From the NCBI GenBank assembly GCA_035508215.1, contig DATJNK010000012.1, positions 32,007 to 96,006 on the forward strand: a stretch of 64,000 nucleotides of DNA, written 5' to 3'. The notes below the pieces were generated by a model, which made no database searches, was not told where the DNA came from, and saw only the letters and a list, made by a program, of their open reading frames with translations. How positions within the stretch are numbered: position 1 is the stretch's first letter; every line of letters begins with the position of its first letter. Of this stretch, positions 63,434 to 64,000 are shown piece by piece. The DNA comes from Verrucomicrobiia bacterium (GTDB lineage: Bacteria > Acidobacteriota > Terriglobia > Terriglobales > Acidobacteriaceae). The position numbers and the translations under genes were made by a program.

Positions 63434-64000
63434 TTACAGCCACCCCTTGGTTCTTGCGATTCGCGCAGCTTCGATGCGATTGCTTGCGCCCAGCTTGCTG
63501 ATTGCTTCCGAGAGATAGTTGCGCACCGTGCCGTCCGAGAGTCCCAGTTCGCTGGCGATATCGACGCTGGCCATGCCTTCACCGGCGAGCCGTAGCACCT
63601 GCCGCTCGCGGTCAGTGAGCGGATCCATTTCAGCCCAGGCCTCGGTGGCAAGTTCCGGATGAATCACCCGGAGTCCCTGATGCACGCGGCGCACTGCCTC
63701 GGCCAGCTCCTCGGCGCGCATGTCTTTGAGGAGGTAGCCAGAAGCTCCGGCTTCGAGCGCCCGCCGCAAATATCCGGCGCGGGCGAAAGTGGTCACGATG
63801 ACCACGCGGGTTCCGGTCTTGCGGCGTTTCAGCTCGGCGGCGACATCGAGCCCGCTCATGTGCGGCATTTCAATGTCGGTAATGAAGACGTCGGGCTTGT
63901 GGGCGAGCACGGCGTCGAGTGCCTCCTTGCCGTTGCGGGCCTGGGCGACGACAGAAATGTCGCCCTCGATGTCGAGCAGAGCCGCCAGTGCGCCGAGCAC
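63434..64000 (-). CDS. NarL/LuxR-family two-component response regulator (partial, N-terminus beyond window end)
   Basis: Receiver-domain segment PDVFITDIEMPHMSG...VVIVTTFAR..Y...A...GASGYLLKD. C-terminal LuxR HTH LTDRERQVLRLAGEGMASVDIASELGLSDGTVRNYLS. Confidence 0.85.
   Translation of the reverse strand: MLGALAALLDIEGDISVVAQARNGKEALDAVLAHKPDVFITDIEMPHMSGLDVAAELKRRKTGTRVVIVTTFARAGYLRRALEAGASGYLLKDMRAEELAEAVRRVHQGLRVIHPELATEAWAEMDPLTDRERQVLRLAGEGMASVDIASELGLSDGTVRNYLSEAISKLGASNRIEAARIARTKGWL

Noticed and set aside
63070-63651. 193-aa minus-strand ORF overlapping the end of the asparaginase gene and the response regulator gene.
   Set aside because: It overlaps two well-supported genes in alternative frames and has no recognisable motifs.
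1-64000. tRNA, rRNA, CRISPR arrays, IS/transposase genes, toxin-antitoxin pairs or known defence-system genes.
   Set aside because: No T-loop-like GGTTCGAATCC motifs, repeat-spacer arrays, transposase or integrase ORFs, or defence-associated domains were seen in any intergenic region or ORF. This was visual inspection only, so small RNAs cannot be excluded.

Overview
GC-rich, densely coding bacterial chromosomal segment with about 52 protein-coding genes. I found no rRNA, tRNA, CRISPR array, IS element or prophage block. The gene content suggests an Acidobacteriota-like genome: a CarboxypepD_reg-type TonB-dependent receptor, an SBBP beta-propeller protein, tail-fibre/S74-domain surface proteins and long housekeeping proteins. 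That taxonomic call is inference only. The window has three parts. (1) Positions 1-18.1 kb form a coherent nucleoside-scavenging and pyrimidine-degradation island. It encodes thymidine phosphorylase, NupC, four nucleoside-hydrolase-family genes (three with signal peptides), a DMT transporter and an NCS1 nucleobase permease. It also encodes dihydropyrimidinase, beta-ureidopropionase, ribokinase, a TonB-dependent receptor, and a Mer-like LLM oxidoreductase sitting where dihydropyrimidine dehydrogenase would be expected. (2) Positions 18-44 kb are housekeeping: recJ, an LPS-transport/sigma-54 cluster (a giant LptC/LptA fusion, lptB, rpoN, hpf ... rapZ, an MsbA-like exporter), then yicC-gmk-rpoZ-coaBC-udg-priA, an M50 protease, HU/IHF and dcd. 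(3) Positions 44-64 kb are mixed accessory and core genes. These include a tail-fibre-like S74 protein, GH127, an inverted-architecture Hfq-like protein, an MFS transporter, a Rieske oxygenase, alaS and a secreted 11-mer-repeat protein. They also include a TetR regulator with a secreted unknown protein, recX, pilT, a DinB-family protein, ilvE, an isoaspartyl peptidase and a partial NarL-type response regulator. The most interesting candidates are the TonB-linked nucleoside island with its divergent secreted hydrolase pair, the LLM oxidoreductase as a possible non-orthologous uracil/thymine reductase, the single-chain Lpt bridge and the Hfq-like protein. Several clear operator-like repeats also stand out. 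All functional calls rest on motif recognition by eye; no database search was run.
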